Translations under genes and position numbers: made by a program | Notes under the pieces: model-generated | Told to the model about the DNA's origin: nothing | Databases searched by the model: none | The model's input: the letters and a program-made list of their open reading frames with translations, nothing else | NCBI GenBank assembly: GCA_038087875.1 | Contig: JAXLNO010000496.1 | Span: forward strand, 124,001-188,000 | Direction of reading: 5' to 3' | Origin: Malacoraja senta | Lineage: Eukaryota | Length of the DNA: 64,000 nucleotides | Shown here: positions 37,427 through 51,546 of the stretch, in pieces | How positions within the stretch are numbered: position 1 is the stretch's first letter | Layout: each line of letters begins with the position of its first letter

Positions 37427-39533
37427 TGATATCCATGGATATAATACTAAAGATTCATATAATAAAATATATTTATACGCGGATGATATATTACTGTACA
37501 TTGTAAAACCTCAAATCACTATACCAAATATATTAAATTTAATTGAAGATTTTGGATCTTTTTCTGGATATAGAATAAATTGGAATAAAAGTGAAATTAT
37601 GTCAATAAAACCGAAAGATTCATCACATCTTTTAAAATTCCCTTTTAAAATAGCTACAGAAAAATTTAAATATTTGGGAATCGAAATTACCAGATCATAT
37701 CAAGGTATGTTTAGGGCAAATTTTGACCCCTTACTTAATAAATTAAACACACTAATTAAATTCTGGAAAACGCTCCCGATGTCTTTAATAGGCCGAATAA
37801 ACGCAATAAAAATGATCTTTTTACCACAAATTTTATACCCATTTCAATCAATTCCTATATACTTACCAAAGAAGTTTTTTTAAAAACTCGACTCAGATAT
37901 CACTAATTTTATATGGGACTATAAATCACATAGAATACAAAAAACTCATCTGAATAAACCTAAAGTATTAGGGGGTTTAGCACTACCTAATTTTATGTAT
38001 TATTATTGGTCAGTAAATATTAAAAATATGATTCAACTGATGGATAACTCCGCCCAGCAAGCGGATTGGATTGTAATGGAGAAAAAGGATTGCTCCTCTA
38101 GAAACATTGGAGCGATCCTCCTCTCTCCAATGAAATTGAATAACATAAATTATAATAAGAACCCAATTATTCATAGTACAATCCGAATTTGGAAACAAAT
38201 AAAACAAAATTTAAAATTAAGACATTTATCACTTTTATTACCTATAGTCAATAACCTTCGTTTAATCCTTCTATTATAGATAAAGCTTATACACAATGGG
38301 ATAGATTAGGAATTAAAACGCTTGGTGACTTGTATGAAACTGGAAAATTACTTTCATTTCAACAATTACAAATAAAATATAAACTCGGAAATAATCAATA
38401 TTTTAAATATTTTCAAATAGGCGACTATTTGAAAAAATATACAAAAGATCATCATAATAACCCAGCAGATGTATTGGACGAGGCAATGCAGATAAAAGCG
38501 GAATCAGCAAACTTAATATCATATTTGTATAATATTATCTTAAATGCACAAATACCATCTACGGAGGGTATCAGAAGAGACTGGGAACAAGAGTTAGCTA
38601 TTAAAATTTCAAAGGAAAGTTGGAATGAATACTTATTAAACGTGCATAAATGCTCGATTAATGTAAGACACACTTTAATACAATTTAAAAATGTACATAG
38701 ATTATATTATTCGAAAACTAAAATTCATAAAATTTTCCCAAATGTATCATCTATTTGTGATAAATGTCAATCCCAAGAAGCTACCATAACGCACTCATTC
38801 GTTTCTTGTACAAAAATTCAAAAATTTTGGAATGAAATTTTTGAAATCTTTACAAAGTTATTTAAAAGAAGACTGATACCCAAAGCAGAATGGATTATCT
38901 TCGGTATAACGGAAGATGGTCCAGAACTAAATGTGTTTCAAAAGAAACTAATGGACTATGGGTTAATAACTGGAAAAAAGCTAATTCTAAAATTTTGGAA
39001 GAAGGCTCCAATACCAACTATAAATATGTGGATTTCAAATATGTTTGAAACATTACACCTAGAAGAGATAAGACTCCTCCTAGCAGGTAAACCAAATCAT
39101 TTCCACCTGACGTGGTCTGCATTTATAGAATTATTACAAACATAGGGTGCAAAAGTACTTAAAAAAAAAATTGAAGTCAGGTAAGGGGGGATGATAGTTG
39201 AAGAGTTGGTATGTCCCATTTACGTAATGCTCATAAAAATATTTGTTTCTCTCTTTTTCCTCTTTCTCTCTTTCTTTCTTTCCTAGGGTCTATTTCTTAA
39301 CTCTTTTTCTTTTGTTTTTAATTTTGCTCTTATAGGGTCTTCGTCCTTTTTTGTTGTCACATTTCCTACACTTTCACTTTTTCCTTCACTTTCTTCTTTC
39401 TTTCAATCTTTTCCTTTTCTAGTGTAAAAAATAAATGGAGTACATTAATTGTAAGAAGATATAAATGACAAGTACTAATGTATGTGGTTGTAATGTAATG
39501 TACTTCTCATAAAATACAAATTTAAAAAAAAAA
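37427..39533 (+). mobile_element. 5'-truncated L1-clade LINE with poly(A) and 10-bp TSD
   Basis: YADD at 37476-37487, GYRINWNKS, FKYLGI, CDKC..H..C knuckle; TSD AAATAACGTC at 37417-37426 and 39534-39543. Confidence 0.95.
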
Positions 39534-40791
39534 AAATAACGTCCAACAAACACACGCACCATAGACAGAGCAGTAAACTCCTGAATTATTCAACAGCGCC
39601 TGCACTCGGCGCCATCTTGACGTCACCCTCCCGCTGCTTGCCACGAACCGGAAATGATGCACTCAGTGGCAGCAGGCCACTAACTGGAAATGATGTCATC
39701 GGCGCCATCTTGCAACCAAGCCAATTTTGAAATTAAACACAGTTCTGATCTAATAAAATGTTTATTCACATTATCCATCCGAAAACTGTTGCAAGCAAGC
39801 CCTTTAAAAAGCCAGGCAATGGGGGAAAAAAACACTGAGCAAGCAAGCCGACAAAACACATCCGTCCGCTGAAAAGTACTTTAAAAAAGCCAGGCAATTG
39901 GGGGAAAAACGCTGAGCAAGCCGACAAAACACACCCGTCCGCTGAAAAGCACTTAAAAAAAAGCCAGGCAATTGGGGAAAAAACACTGAGCAAGCCGACA
40001 AAACACATCCGTCCACTGAAAAGCACTTTAAAAAAAACAAGCAATTGGGGAAAAAACACTGAGCAAGCCGACAAAATACATCCGTCCGCTGAAAAGCACT
40101 TTAAAAAAGCCAATTAGGGCAAAACCACTGCAAGCCGACAAAATACATTAGTTTTTCTGAAAGCACTTAAAAAAAAGCCAATTAGGGCAAAACCACTCAG
40201 CAAGCCGACAAAAGACATTAGTTTTGCTGAAAGCACTTAAAAAAAAGCCAATTAGGGCAAAACCACTCAGCAAGCCGACAAAAGACATTAGTTTTGCTGA
40301 AAGCACTTTAAAAAAGCCAATTTGGGCAAAACCACTCAGCAAGCCGACAAAAGACATTCGTTTTGCTGAAAGCACTTAAAAAAAAGCCAATTAGGGCAAA
40401 ACCACTCAGCAAGCCAACAAAAGACATTCGTTTTGCTGAAAGCACTTTAAAAAAGCCAAGCAATCGGAGAAAAAACACTGAGCAAGCCGACAAAACACAT
40501 CCGTTCGCTGAAAACCACATCGAGGGGACTCACCGTGGAGTAGATTCGCAGCTCAGAGAGCCGTGATCCTCTGGCTTCCTGGGTCTGGCAGAGACTAAAT
40601 GAGGCACGACACTTCCGGGTTTTATAGTCCCTCCCCCCTTCCGCCAGCGGGGGCAGCAGAGAGAATGGCGAATTATTTAAAACATTAATATCTCTCTGAT
40701 TTTTCATCGATGGGAAAAATCCACTGGTCCAGGAAGGCGGAGGGGGGCTCTGAGCGAGGTGGCCAAAAATGACGGCAGTAGGTGGCGGCAT

Positions 40792-43700
40792 CATAGAATC
40801 ATAGAATCATAGAAAGTAGGTGCGAGAGCAGACCACCAGGTCCATCGAGCCCGCACCGCCATTCGCTCATGGCTGAACACCAAACAAACACCCCTACCCA
40901 CAAACAGTAGACACAAGACACAGAACACAAGACACTACCCTCCCCTTTATACCGCTATCACCCCTCTCCACCCCAAGAACCGCGTGATCTCCTGGGGGAG
41001 GCAAAAAACCGGATAAAAACCCAGGTCCAATTCGGTAAAAAAATCCGGGAAATTCCTCTCCGACCCCAATCCAGGTGATCGACACTTGTCCAGGAGATCA
41101 CTCAGGTCTTACTATACTAACCCTACCTAGGTCCATATCCGTGCCCTCTCCCCGTAGCCCCTTATCCCCTTGGCAGCTAAAAAACCATCTATTTTAGACT
41201 TAAATATATTTAATGTTTCTGCTTCCACTGCTCCCTGGGGCAGTGAATTCCATAAATTAACCACCCTCTGGGTGAAGAAGTTCTTCCTCATCTCAGTTTT
41301 AAAAGAGCCCCCCCTTATTCTGCAACTATGTCCCCTAGTTCTAGTTTCCCCGATCATTGGGAACATCCTTGGTGCATCCACCCGATCAAGGCCCCTCACG
41401 ATCTTATATGTTTCAATGAGATCGCCTCTCATTCTTCTAAACTCCAAATAGTAGAGTTCCAGCCTACTTAACCTTTCCTCATATGTCAATCCCCTCATTG
41501 CAGGAATTAATCTTGTAAACCTTCGCTGCACTGCCTCCAGGGCCAGTACATCCTTTCTTAAGTATGGACCCCAGAACTGTACACAGTATTCCAAATGTGG
41601 TCTCACTAATACTGTGTACAGCTGCAGCAAGACCTCCGTGTTTTTATACTCAATCCCCCTAGCAATAAAGGCCAAAACTCCATTGGCCTTCCTGATAGCT
41701 TGCTGCACCTGCATACTAACTTTTAGTGATTCATGTACTACTACCCCTAGATCCCTTTGCGTTGCATTACAGCGCAGCTCCTCCTCATTTAGAAAATAAC
41801 TTGCCCTATCATTTTTTTTCCCAAAATGAATGACTTCACATTTATTAGTATTAAATTTCATCTGCCAAGTTGTTGCCCACTCACCTAGCTTATCTATATC
41901 CTTTTGCAGACTCTTCCTATCCTCCTCATCCCCTACTTTTCTTCCCATTTTTGTATCGTCCGCAAATTTTGATATATTACACTTGGTTCCCTCCTCCAAA
42001 TCATTTATATAAATTGTGAACAACTGGGGTCCCAGCACCGACCCTTGCGGAATCCCGCTAGTTACCGGTTGCCATCCCGAATATGAACCATTTATCCCCA
42101 CTCTCTGCTTCCTATTTGTTAGCCAATCCTCTACCCATGCTAATATATTACCCCCAATCCCATAATTTTTTATTTTTAGCAATAGTCTCTTATGTGGCAC
42201 CTTGTCAAAAGCCTTTTGGAAGTCCAAGTATACCACATCCACCGGTTCCCCTTTATCCACCCGGGTTGTTACTTCCTCAAAGAATTCGAGCAGATTCGTT
42301 AAACAGGACTTCCCCTTCACAAAACCATGCTGGTTCTGTCCGATGAAGTCATGTCCATCCAAGTGCCCCGTTAGTGTTTCTTTAATAATTGTCTCTAACA
42401 TTTTACCCACCACCGATGTTAGACTAACCGGTCTATAGTTACCCGCCTTCTGTTTACTTCCTTTTTTAAATATAGGTGTTACATTGGCCATTTTCCAATC
42501 CACTGGGACCGTTCCTGCCTCCAGGGAGTTTTGAAAATTATCACCAATGCATCCACAATCCCCACCGCTATCTCCCTCAAGACCCTTGGATGTAATCCAT
42601 CAGGCCCAGGGGATTTATCCTCCTTCAGTCTCATTAATTTCCCTAATACCACCTCCTTGGTGATCTTAATAGTATTTAGCTCCTCCATTCCTACCGCCCC
42701 CTGTTTATCCAGCGTTGGAATATTTTTTGTGTCTTCTATGGTGAAGACTGATACAAAATACTCGTTTAATGCCTTTGCCATTTCCATGTTCCCCACCAAC
42801 AACTCTCCAGTCTCACCCTCCAATGGACCAACGTTCACCTTAGCCACCCTTTTTCTTTTTATATAGCTATAAAAACTCTTACTATTAGTTTTTATGTTGT
42901 TCGCTAAATTCCTTTCATAGTCTATTCTCCCCGTCTTAATTAATCTCTTAGTTATTTTTTGCTGACCTTTAAATGCTTCCCAATCCTCTACCCTCCCACT
43001 ATCTCTGGCTACCTTATATGCCCTTGCCTTCAGCCGAATACTATCCTTTATAGTTTTACTGAGCCATGGCTGACTGTTCTTACCCTTACCCCTTTTTTTC
43101 TTCATAGGAATACATTTTTCTTGAAGGTTATACAGTAGATCCTTAAACGTACACCACTGCTCATGTACCGTCTTATTCTTGAGTCTGCTATCCCAGTCAA
43201 CTTTGATCAGCTCAGTCCTCATACCTTCATAATCCCCCTTATTTAGACTAAGTACCCTAGCCTGAGTTTCAACCTGCTCCCCTTCTATTTGAATATGGAA
43301 TTCGACCATATTGTGGTCACTTGTTCCCAACGAGTCCCTAACTATGACATTTTTAATTAATCCTGCTTCATTACACTGGACCAAATCCAAGATTGCCTCC
43401 CCCCTTGTCGGTTCTGTGACATACTGTTCTAGGAACCCGTCTCTAATACATTCTATAAACTCTTCCTCTAGTTTACCCTGCCCAGTTTGGTTTGCCCAAT
43501 TAATATGAAAATTGAAGTCCCCCATGATTACAGCAGTTCCCTTTTTACATGCGTCAACTATTTGCAGATTTATGTTCTGACTAACAGCGTCACAGCTATT
43601 TGGAGGTCTATAAATTACACCCACTAGTGTTTTTTTCCCCTTGTTATTCTCTATCTGTACCCAAGCTGTTTCACTATCCTGATCCTTCAACGCAATATCC

Positions 43701-43991
43701 TTCCTCTCTATTGCCGTTATTCCCTCCCTTATTAAAAGGGCCACCCCTCCTCCCTTTCTTTCCTGTCTATTTTTTCTAATTGTCGAGTACCCCTCTATAT
43801 TTAACTCCCAGTCCTGATCCCCTTGCAGCCATGTCTCCGTAATGGCCACGATATCATAACTATATATACTTAATTGCACCGTTAATTCATTTATCTTATT
43901 TCGAATACTCCGTGCATTTAGATACAGCACTTTCAGATGATTTTTACTACCCTTCCTTTCTGTTTTTGCCTCTTTTACATCTAGAGCTTTA
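40792..43991 (-). mobile_element. Young CR1 LINE; ORF2 (APE endonuclease + RT) with a single frameshift near 42533
   Basis: YLNARSI, ITETWL, MGDFN, SDH; NYRPVSLTS, PQGSVLGP, FADD; (ATTCTATG)n tail at ~40792-40815. Confidence 0.97.
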
Positions 43992-46900
43992 TCTCGGACA
44001 TCACAGCACAGTGAGCCAAAAGCGGTCAAGATCAGACTTTTAGTAATATAGATGATTATGACTCATTGGCTCAATGCTCTATGGCTATATGACTCCATAG
44101 ACTATATGACTCTATGACGATGATGTTTTTCCTCCAATGTGTTCGTTTAGTACCACAAGTTATGTCACCTGACAACAATATGGGATCTGTTACTCTAATC
44201 ATGGGTAGTAAATTAAACATACTCGCCCGATTAGGCGCCATATTATTGATGCTATACCTGGGCAGCACCCTGCTTGCAATGCGATTTGTTGGAGGGAATT
44301 TTACGTTTCATGAGTATCCTGACTCTGGCATTCACATGGGGCTGGACAGTCACCCTCGGAACAGAAAAGCACGCAAAAAAATCCTAGCGAGCACTCAGAA
44401 TTTTCTCATCGAAGTCGGTTTACTCAAGGCCTTCACAGTATACATATGGAAACACTCTACGAAGACTCGCAATGTTTCACTGAATCACGGCAGATAGACT
44501 TTTTAATAATTCTAAATTGATTCTTCAGTGAACTTTCAACTTTCTATTCAATATTAGATATAAGACCATTTGTCTGTCAAATGTGTACAAAAATATAAGT
44601 TCTCTTCTCTCGTGGTTTGTTTTGTTGCTCTCAGCCTTGTTTTCGACGTTCTATCTTTATTTTACTTCAGCTGATGTGAAATATCTTTGCAACAACCGCG
44701 ATTCCTCTGAAATATCCCTGCAACAAACACGATGTTTCTGAAATATCCCTGCAACTAACACGATTGCCATCCGTGTCTCCCGAATGTAGGTTTTAATGTC
44801 ACTCACACTTATTCAAAGGTGACCTACAGCTCCGAGGTCTATATGCATCTCTGCCCCTGGGCAAACTTCCCTTGACAGGCGAGGACATGACGGACAGAGC
44901 CACATGATCACTGTCATTTTTCCTGAGTTGGAAGGCAGGTTCCGAATTCAGTGATGAAAAGGCGTCATTGAGCAACAGACAGATAGCACAGAACCGGGTT
45001 ATTGTGTCGGCGTCGACCAACAATGGACTCGACAAACAGCAGCGTTGTTGGTGGAGAAGCTGCCTCAGTGACCCGTGTTTAATCTTGACATCAGATGATG
45101 CCTGAGGAAGATTGGACGTTCTCACTCTGATAGTACATGTTTCCTCCTGGATGCTGTGGTTTCATCCCATGTTCCAGAGGACGTGCTGGTTAGCAGGTTA
45201 ATTTACGTTTGGAGGCTTGAATATCTTCAGTGTTCCTGACTCCCAATTCCACAGCTTTCTGGCAGAGAAAATTATAAAGGATTGTCCTATTATTTATTTT
45301 AAATGAGAGACCCTTTATTCTGAAATTGTGCCCCAGTTTCATATCTGCCCAAGAAGAAATATCCCCACTGTATCAAGTTTCTTGCTGTTCAGAATCTTAT
45401 TTCTTTAAAATTGTCTCTTTCTTTGAAACTCAGGTGAGTATGGGCTCAACGTCCTCACAGGTGCACCGCTTCATTCCAGGAATTAATCCAGTGAACCTTC
45501 TCCGCACGGAGTCCAATGTCAATCTCTTTATGCAGTCTCCAGATGTGGTGCTACCAGCACCCCGTGCAGTTGCATCTAAACTTGCCTTCTGTTAACGGTC
45601 CAAACATCTGCAAATTTACACTGACTTTACATCGCGTTCATGTCATCAGGTAGAATTATGCCATTCAACACATCGAGTCTACTCCGCGATTCTCTCTTCT
45701 GATCTATCCTTCTCTCTGAAACCCATTTTCCTGCCTTCTCCCGATAACTTTTGACACCCGTAATCAAGAACCTTGTCAATCTCAGACATAAAAAATACCC
45801 ATGGACTTGGCACCCACAGCCGTTAAAACAGTGAATTCCACAGATACACCATGCTCTGACTAAAGATCTCAGTCAACGGAAAGACAATACATGATTATAA
45901 TCGAGCAATTTACATAGATAATGGAATAACGTTTAGTGTAATGTAAAGCCAGCAAAATCTGATCCAGGATAGTCCGTGAGTCAGCAATGAGGTGGATAGT
46001 AGTTCAAGGCTGCTCTTTTGTTGTGGTAGGATGATTCAGTTGCCTAATAATAGCTGGGAGGAAACTGTTCCTTTATCTGGAGTTGTGCGATTTCACACTT
46101 CTATACCCTTTACCTGATGGGAGAGGGGAGAAGAGGGAGTGACCAGGCTGCGAATCGTCCTTGATTACGCTGCTGGCCTTGCCGGGGCAGAGCGAGGCAT
46201 AAATTGAGTCAATGGAAGGGAGGTTGGGTTGTGTGATGATCTGGGCTGCGTGTACAATTCACTGCAATCCTGATAAAAGGTTTTTTATAGACCACCTGTA
46301 GAATTTAGTGAGAGTTGTAGGGGACATGCCGACCCTCCTAAGCCTTCTATGAAAGTGGAGGCTTTGTCGTGTTTTCTTGGTCATTGCTTCAATATGGTCT
46401 TTGCTCCAGAAGAAGTTGTTGGTGATATTGACTCTGAGGAATTTGAGGTTTTCAACTCATCTCGTTTCTAAAGGTATGAGCCTTCCTAATTATTTGCTCT
46501 ACCTAAACGTTTTAGTGTTGTAGAAATTACAGATTCCAATGTAAAATACCATATAATTTAGGTTTCAATTCTTCCAAATTGAATAACATCACATTTTCCT
46601 ACGTTATACTCCATTACATTCCATGTTTTGCCCTAACTCTTTACCTATTTAACTCATTTATAGATGATTCTGCCTCCTCACAGTGTACTGACCCATCAAT
46701 CTGTTTATCATCAGCAAAGTAGTGCCAGTTACTCACAGTCTTATCATATGTCATGTTTATATATTTAAATAGCAGAGGCCCAACTCGTCTCCATGCGGCA
46801 ATCAAGTCGTATCTACTAATTGTTAATCGGTTTTCAATATGTGCCCAATATGTGCATTGCCGACGTTGTGAATGTTTTGTGATGATCGCCACGGCAGGGT

Positions 46901-49900
46901 ACCCAGGTTTTGATTTACTCTGAAGCAGGGTCTCGACCCGAAACGTCACCCATTCCTTCTCTCCAGAGTTGCTGCCTGGCCCACTGAGTTACTCCAACAT
47001 TTTGTGTCTATCTTTGATTTACACTTGATGGAACACTATTCACATGACCGGATTAGTTCAGTTCTGGTCTGTGGATGGTGCGCAGTTGTGTGACGGCCAT
47101 TGACTGTGAAAATTGAGTAGTTGAACTCTGTCCTGTTGGAAATATTCATTGCCTGAAAATGGTGTGATGTGAATGTAGCTCACCTCTGCCTGGCCCTTAA
47201 TACTTTCTTGGTCTTGATTCAAGGTACTGCCCTCGAGCTACAACCCCCTATTTTTAGACCACTGGAGGGTGCACCTTCTCGGTGGGACAGGTGGTACCCA
47301 GCAATTGTGATGGAAAGTTCGGTCTTCCTGTTTGTGAAGTTTGATTCTGGGTGACTTTCACTGTGTCATGTTGTGGTGGTGGACTCAGTAATATGGGGTT
47401 TATCCAAGTTGAGGCAGAGGTCCCCTGAAGTTTGTGTGGAGAACTTTGCACAGACTGGTCTGAGTGGTTCTTGCATGTTCACTGCCTTGTATGTATCTGA
47501 ATAAACAGCCTGTTATATTAATTTAACTGTGTAAAGCAGGGAACTTAAAAATGTCATCGTGCAATTCAATAATGGGTGAAGGTCTTTGGTGTATGTTACG
47601 GCATATTTTCATCATTGTACCGATTTCATTGGCCTGCCCCTGTGGATGCAACAGACGTCCATATTCAGTTCAACTATAACTGAGTATGGATTTACTGAAT
47701 GCACTGAGGTCTAGTTCGGGATAAAGCAAACATTGGATTTGCTGCTTGTGTTTAGAAAATGTATCTCAATATTCAAGATTCATCTTTGTTGTAATGAAGT
47801 ATAGCAGGAAATGTTGAATTTCTTACTTTTCAGTTACCTGTGGTGAGCAACTTCCTCCATTGCCAGGGCAACAGTGGTGCAGGAAAAGTTACACATTGTG
47901 TAGGATGGAACTGCAGATGCTCGTTTAAATCGTAGGTAGACACAAAATGCTGGAGTAACTCAGCGGGACAGGCAGCATCTCTGGAGAGAAGGAATGGGTG
48001 ACGCTTCTGGTCCCGTTCCTTTTTCAGACGTTACACATTGTTATCTTACTCTGACCGCTGCCCTTTAGCAGAGAGAGTTCAGCTTTTGGAGCTGATGCAA
48101 TAGAATGATAGTGGGAGAAGAACAGGCGTTGCCTTCATCTTCTGTGGAATAGGGTTGTATACAGCTCACTGCAAAAAGTGTGAATAAATTAGTGGAGTGA
48201 ATGTAAATACTCCATTTAGAAAAAGGCCGTTTGAGTCGGGATGTTGCAATCATTCTACAGCAGTAATTACATATTGATTAAAATCAAAAGTGCAGAAGAT
48301 TAAATTTGTAATGAAAAACAGAAGACGCTGGAAGCACACTTGGATCAGGCAGCTTCTGTGGGCCGGACCAGTTCTGATGAATGGTCTGTATTCTACCTGG
48401 TAGGTTAACTGTTTCTTTCTTCAGATGCTGCCTGACGGCCTATTGTCCTTTCATATAAATGTCTCGTTCACTGCTGCTGTGGAAGAAAATGGCAGATAGC
48501 TGTGCCTGGCAATGTCCCACATACCAATGGGATAATGAATATGTTATGTGCTTAGTTTAGGAAAGAGGTTTGGTTAAAATACGTTATAGGGAAATAGCAG
48601 GAGACTCCTTTCCTCAACGAGGTGATTTCAGGATAAGAGGTTTACCCATTTAATTCTGACCTAGATTTTTCAGGCATGATGTTGGAGGATTATTAGTAAA
48701 TATCCCCAAACGGACTGGATCACTGCCATTCACCTGCCATTGCCACAGGTCCAGGACAAATGCCTTCTCGCTGGAAATGCACTCGCCTATGAAATCTATG
48801 GATATCAAACATAGAAGATAGGTGCAGGCCATTCGGCCCTATGTGTCATACCCGCCATTCAAAATGATCATGGCTGATCATCCAAAATTAATAACCAGTT
48901 CCTGCTTTCCCCCCATATCCCTTGATCCTGTTAGACCTAAGAGCTAAATCTAACTCTCTCTTGAAAACATCCAGTGAATTGGCCTCCACTGCCTCCTGTG
49001 GCAGAGAATTCCACAGATTCACAACTCCCTGGGTGAAAAAGTTTTTCCTCGTCACTGTCCTAAATGGGAGTTGTAAATTGTAACCCTTGGTTCTGGACTC
49101 CCTCAACACCGGAAACATTTTTCCTTCATCTAGCCTGTCCAATCCCTTAAGAATTGTATATGTTTCTATAAGATATCCTCTCATCCTTCTAAATTCCAGT
49201 CAATATAAGGCAGTTGATCCATTCTTTCATCATATGTCAGTACCGCCATCCCGGGAATTAACCTTGTGAACCTACGCTGCACACCCTCAACAGCAAGAAT
49301 GTCCTTCCTTAAATTAGGGGACCAAAACGACACACAATACTCCAGGTGTGGTCTCACCAGGGCTCTGTACAACTGCAGTAGGACCTTCTTGCTCCTATAC
49401 TCAAATCCTCTCGCTATGAAGGCCAACATGCCATTTGTTTTCTTCACTGCCTGCTGTACCTGCATGTTTTCCTTCAGTGACTAGTGTACAAGCACACCCA
49501 GGTCTCGTTGCACCTCCCCTTTTCCTAATCTAACACCATTCAGATAATAATCTGCCTTCATGTTGTTGCCACCAAAGTGGATAACTTCCCATTTATCCAC
49601 ATTATACTGCATCTGCCATGCATCTGCCTACTCCAACAACCTATTCTTGTCACCCTGAAGCCTCCTCGCAGCTGACACTGCCACCCAGCTTAGTGCCATC
49701 CGCAAACCTGGAGTTGTTACATTTAATTCCTTCGTCTAAATCGTACATATTGAATTCCTTTGTCTACATCGTTAATATTGAATTAATTCGTCTAAATCGT
49801 TAATATAAAGTGAATTTATCAAGGTGACTTGCATCAGACTCCTGTTTATTGACAATAGCTCCACCTTCAACACCGTTATTTCAAGCAAACTCTTGAACCA

Positions 49901-50034
49901 AGACTTTGTATCCCTCTCTGAAACTAGATCATTGACTTTTTGAACCAGAGACTGCATTCAGTAAGGATCGGTAACAAAATATCCTCCTTGATAATTCTCA
50001 ATAACAGTGCAGCCTAAGGCTACATTCTCAGCCC

Positions 50035-50556
50035 TAATGCCCCTGTCCCACTTAGGAAACATGAATGGAAACCTCTGGAGACTTTGCGCCCCACCCAAGG
50101 TTTCCGTGCGGTTCCTGGAGGTTTTTGTCAGTCTCCCTAATGGTCGAATGTGGTTTCCGCTTCTTCTATGTTCCGGCGATTATTTCAAAAAATTGCTAGT
50201 TCAAGGTGGTTGCCGGAGGTTGCAGGTAGTGGAAGGTAAGACCTCCCTGGTAGAATAAAACTGGGTGAAAAAAAGGTCTTACCTTCCACTACCTGCAACC
50301 TCCGGCAACCACCTTCAACTAGCATCGCAACCGGCTTCGACTAAAAAATTACCGATTTTTAAAACGGCAACCTATTTTAAGTCGTGGCCGGTTTTGAATT
50401 TTTTGAAATAATCGCCGGAACATAGAAGAAACGGAAACTACTTTCGACTATTAGGGAGAGTGACAAAAACCTCCAGGAACCGCACGGAAACCTTGGGTGG
50501 GGCGCAAAGTCTCCAGAGGTTTCTGTTCAGGTTTCCTAAGTGGGACAGGGGCATTA
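50035..50556. mobile_element. Palindromic MITE, duplicate of 33620-34141
   Basis: Same termini and internal hairpins. Confidence 0.88.
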
Positions 50557-51546
50557 CTATACTATCTGTACACTCACAAACGTGCGATCAAATTCTGTTC
50601 TAACTCAATTTACAAGTTTGCAAATGACACGACTGTAGAGGGCCTACTCTCAAACAATAAGGAGACAGTGTACAGGTATGTGATAGAATGTTGTGTCATG
50701 GTCTCAAGCTAACAACCTCTTCCATGATGCCAGCAAAACGTAGGAGAAAGTTGTTAAGTTAAGGAAGCGAGTTGGTGTACACGCCAATGTCAGCATCAAT
50801 GGTTTTGAACAGAAAAATGTATGAGAACTCCAAACTCCGAGGCATAAATACCAGCAACTAGTTGTCCTGTTACAACTAGATTGAAGTGGTTGGCAAGAAC
50901 GCACACCAATGCCTTTGCTTCCTCGGAACACAATGTAAATTCAGTATGTCCTCAATGACACTTCGGAATGGCTACGAATGCACCACAGAAAGCATCCTAT
51001 CATGTTACATCTTCATTTGTCATCAGCTCTGCCCAAGTCCGCAGGAAATTGAAGAAAGTTGTTGACGTACGTCTTCCAACACCCAAACCAGTCTCCGCTT
51101 CCTGCCTCCCCCCCCCCTTCAGCTCCATCTATATTGATGGTGCCATAGGAAAGCAGCCAGCATCACAAAGTACCAGACACAACCCGATCATTTCCTCTTC
51201 TCCTCCTCTCTCCCAGGAGATACAAAGGCTAGAAAACAGCTTTCCCTGTCGTGAATCTGTCGTATTTATTCCCAATCTTCTAATCTACTTCCTGGTAGAC
51301 GTCGCACTTCATTGTTATCTGAACTTACTCTGTTGTTATCATATTTCATTCAGTATTCTGTGTATTTCTTCTTTTGCACAACCTGCAGTATTAAAACAAA
51401 AGCCACGAAATGCTGGAGTAAATGAGCAGGCCCGGGCCTACCCCTTACCGACAGCGCTCTGTCTCACCATTCCTCTCTTCCAGATTTATTGCCAACCTCC
51501 ACCCCAATCACTGCAAACAGTCTGAAAAAGTGTTCCGACCTCAATT

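Larger units (their letters stand above)
36165..44052 (-). mobile_element. Duplicated Helitron 5' part, interrupted by L1 and CR1
   Basis: 5' TC end at 44052; helicase fragment at 36165-36540. Confidence 0.9.

Noticed and set aside
43992..44029. N-terminus of the 516-aa ORF (MTAFGSLCCDVRD)
   Set aside because: Read-through from flanking Helitron sequence into the truncated CR1, not part of ORF2
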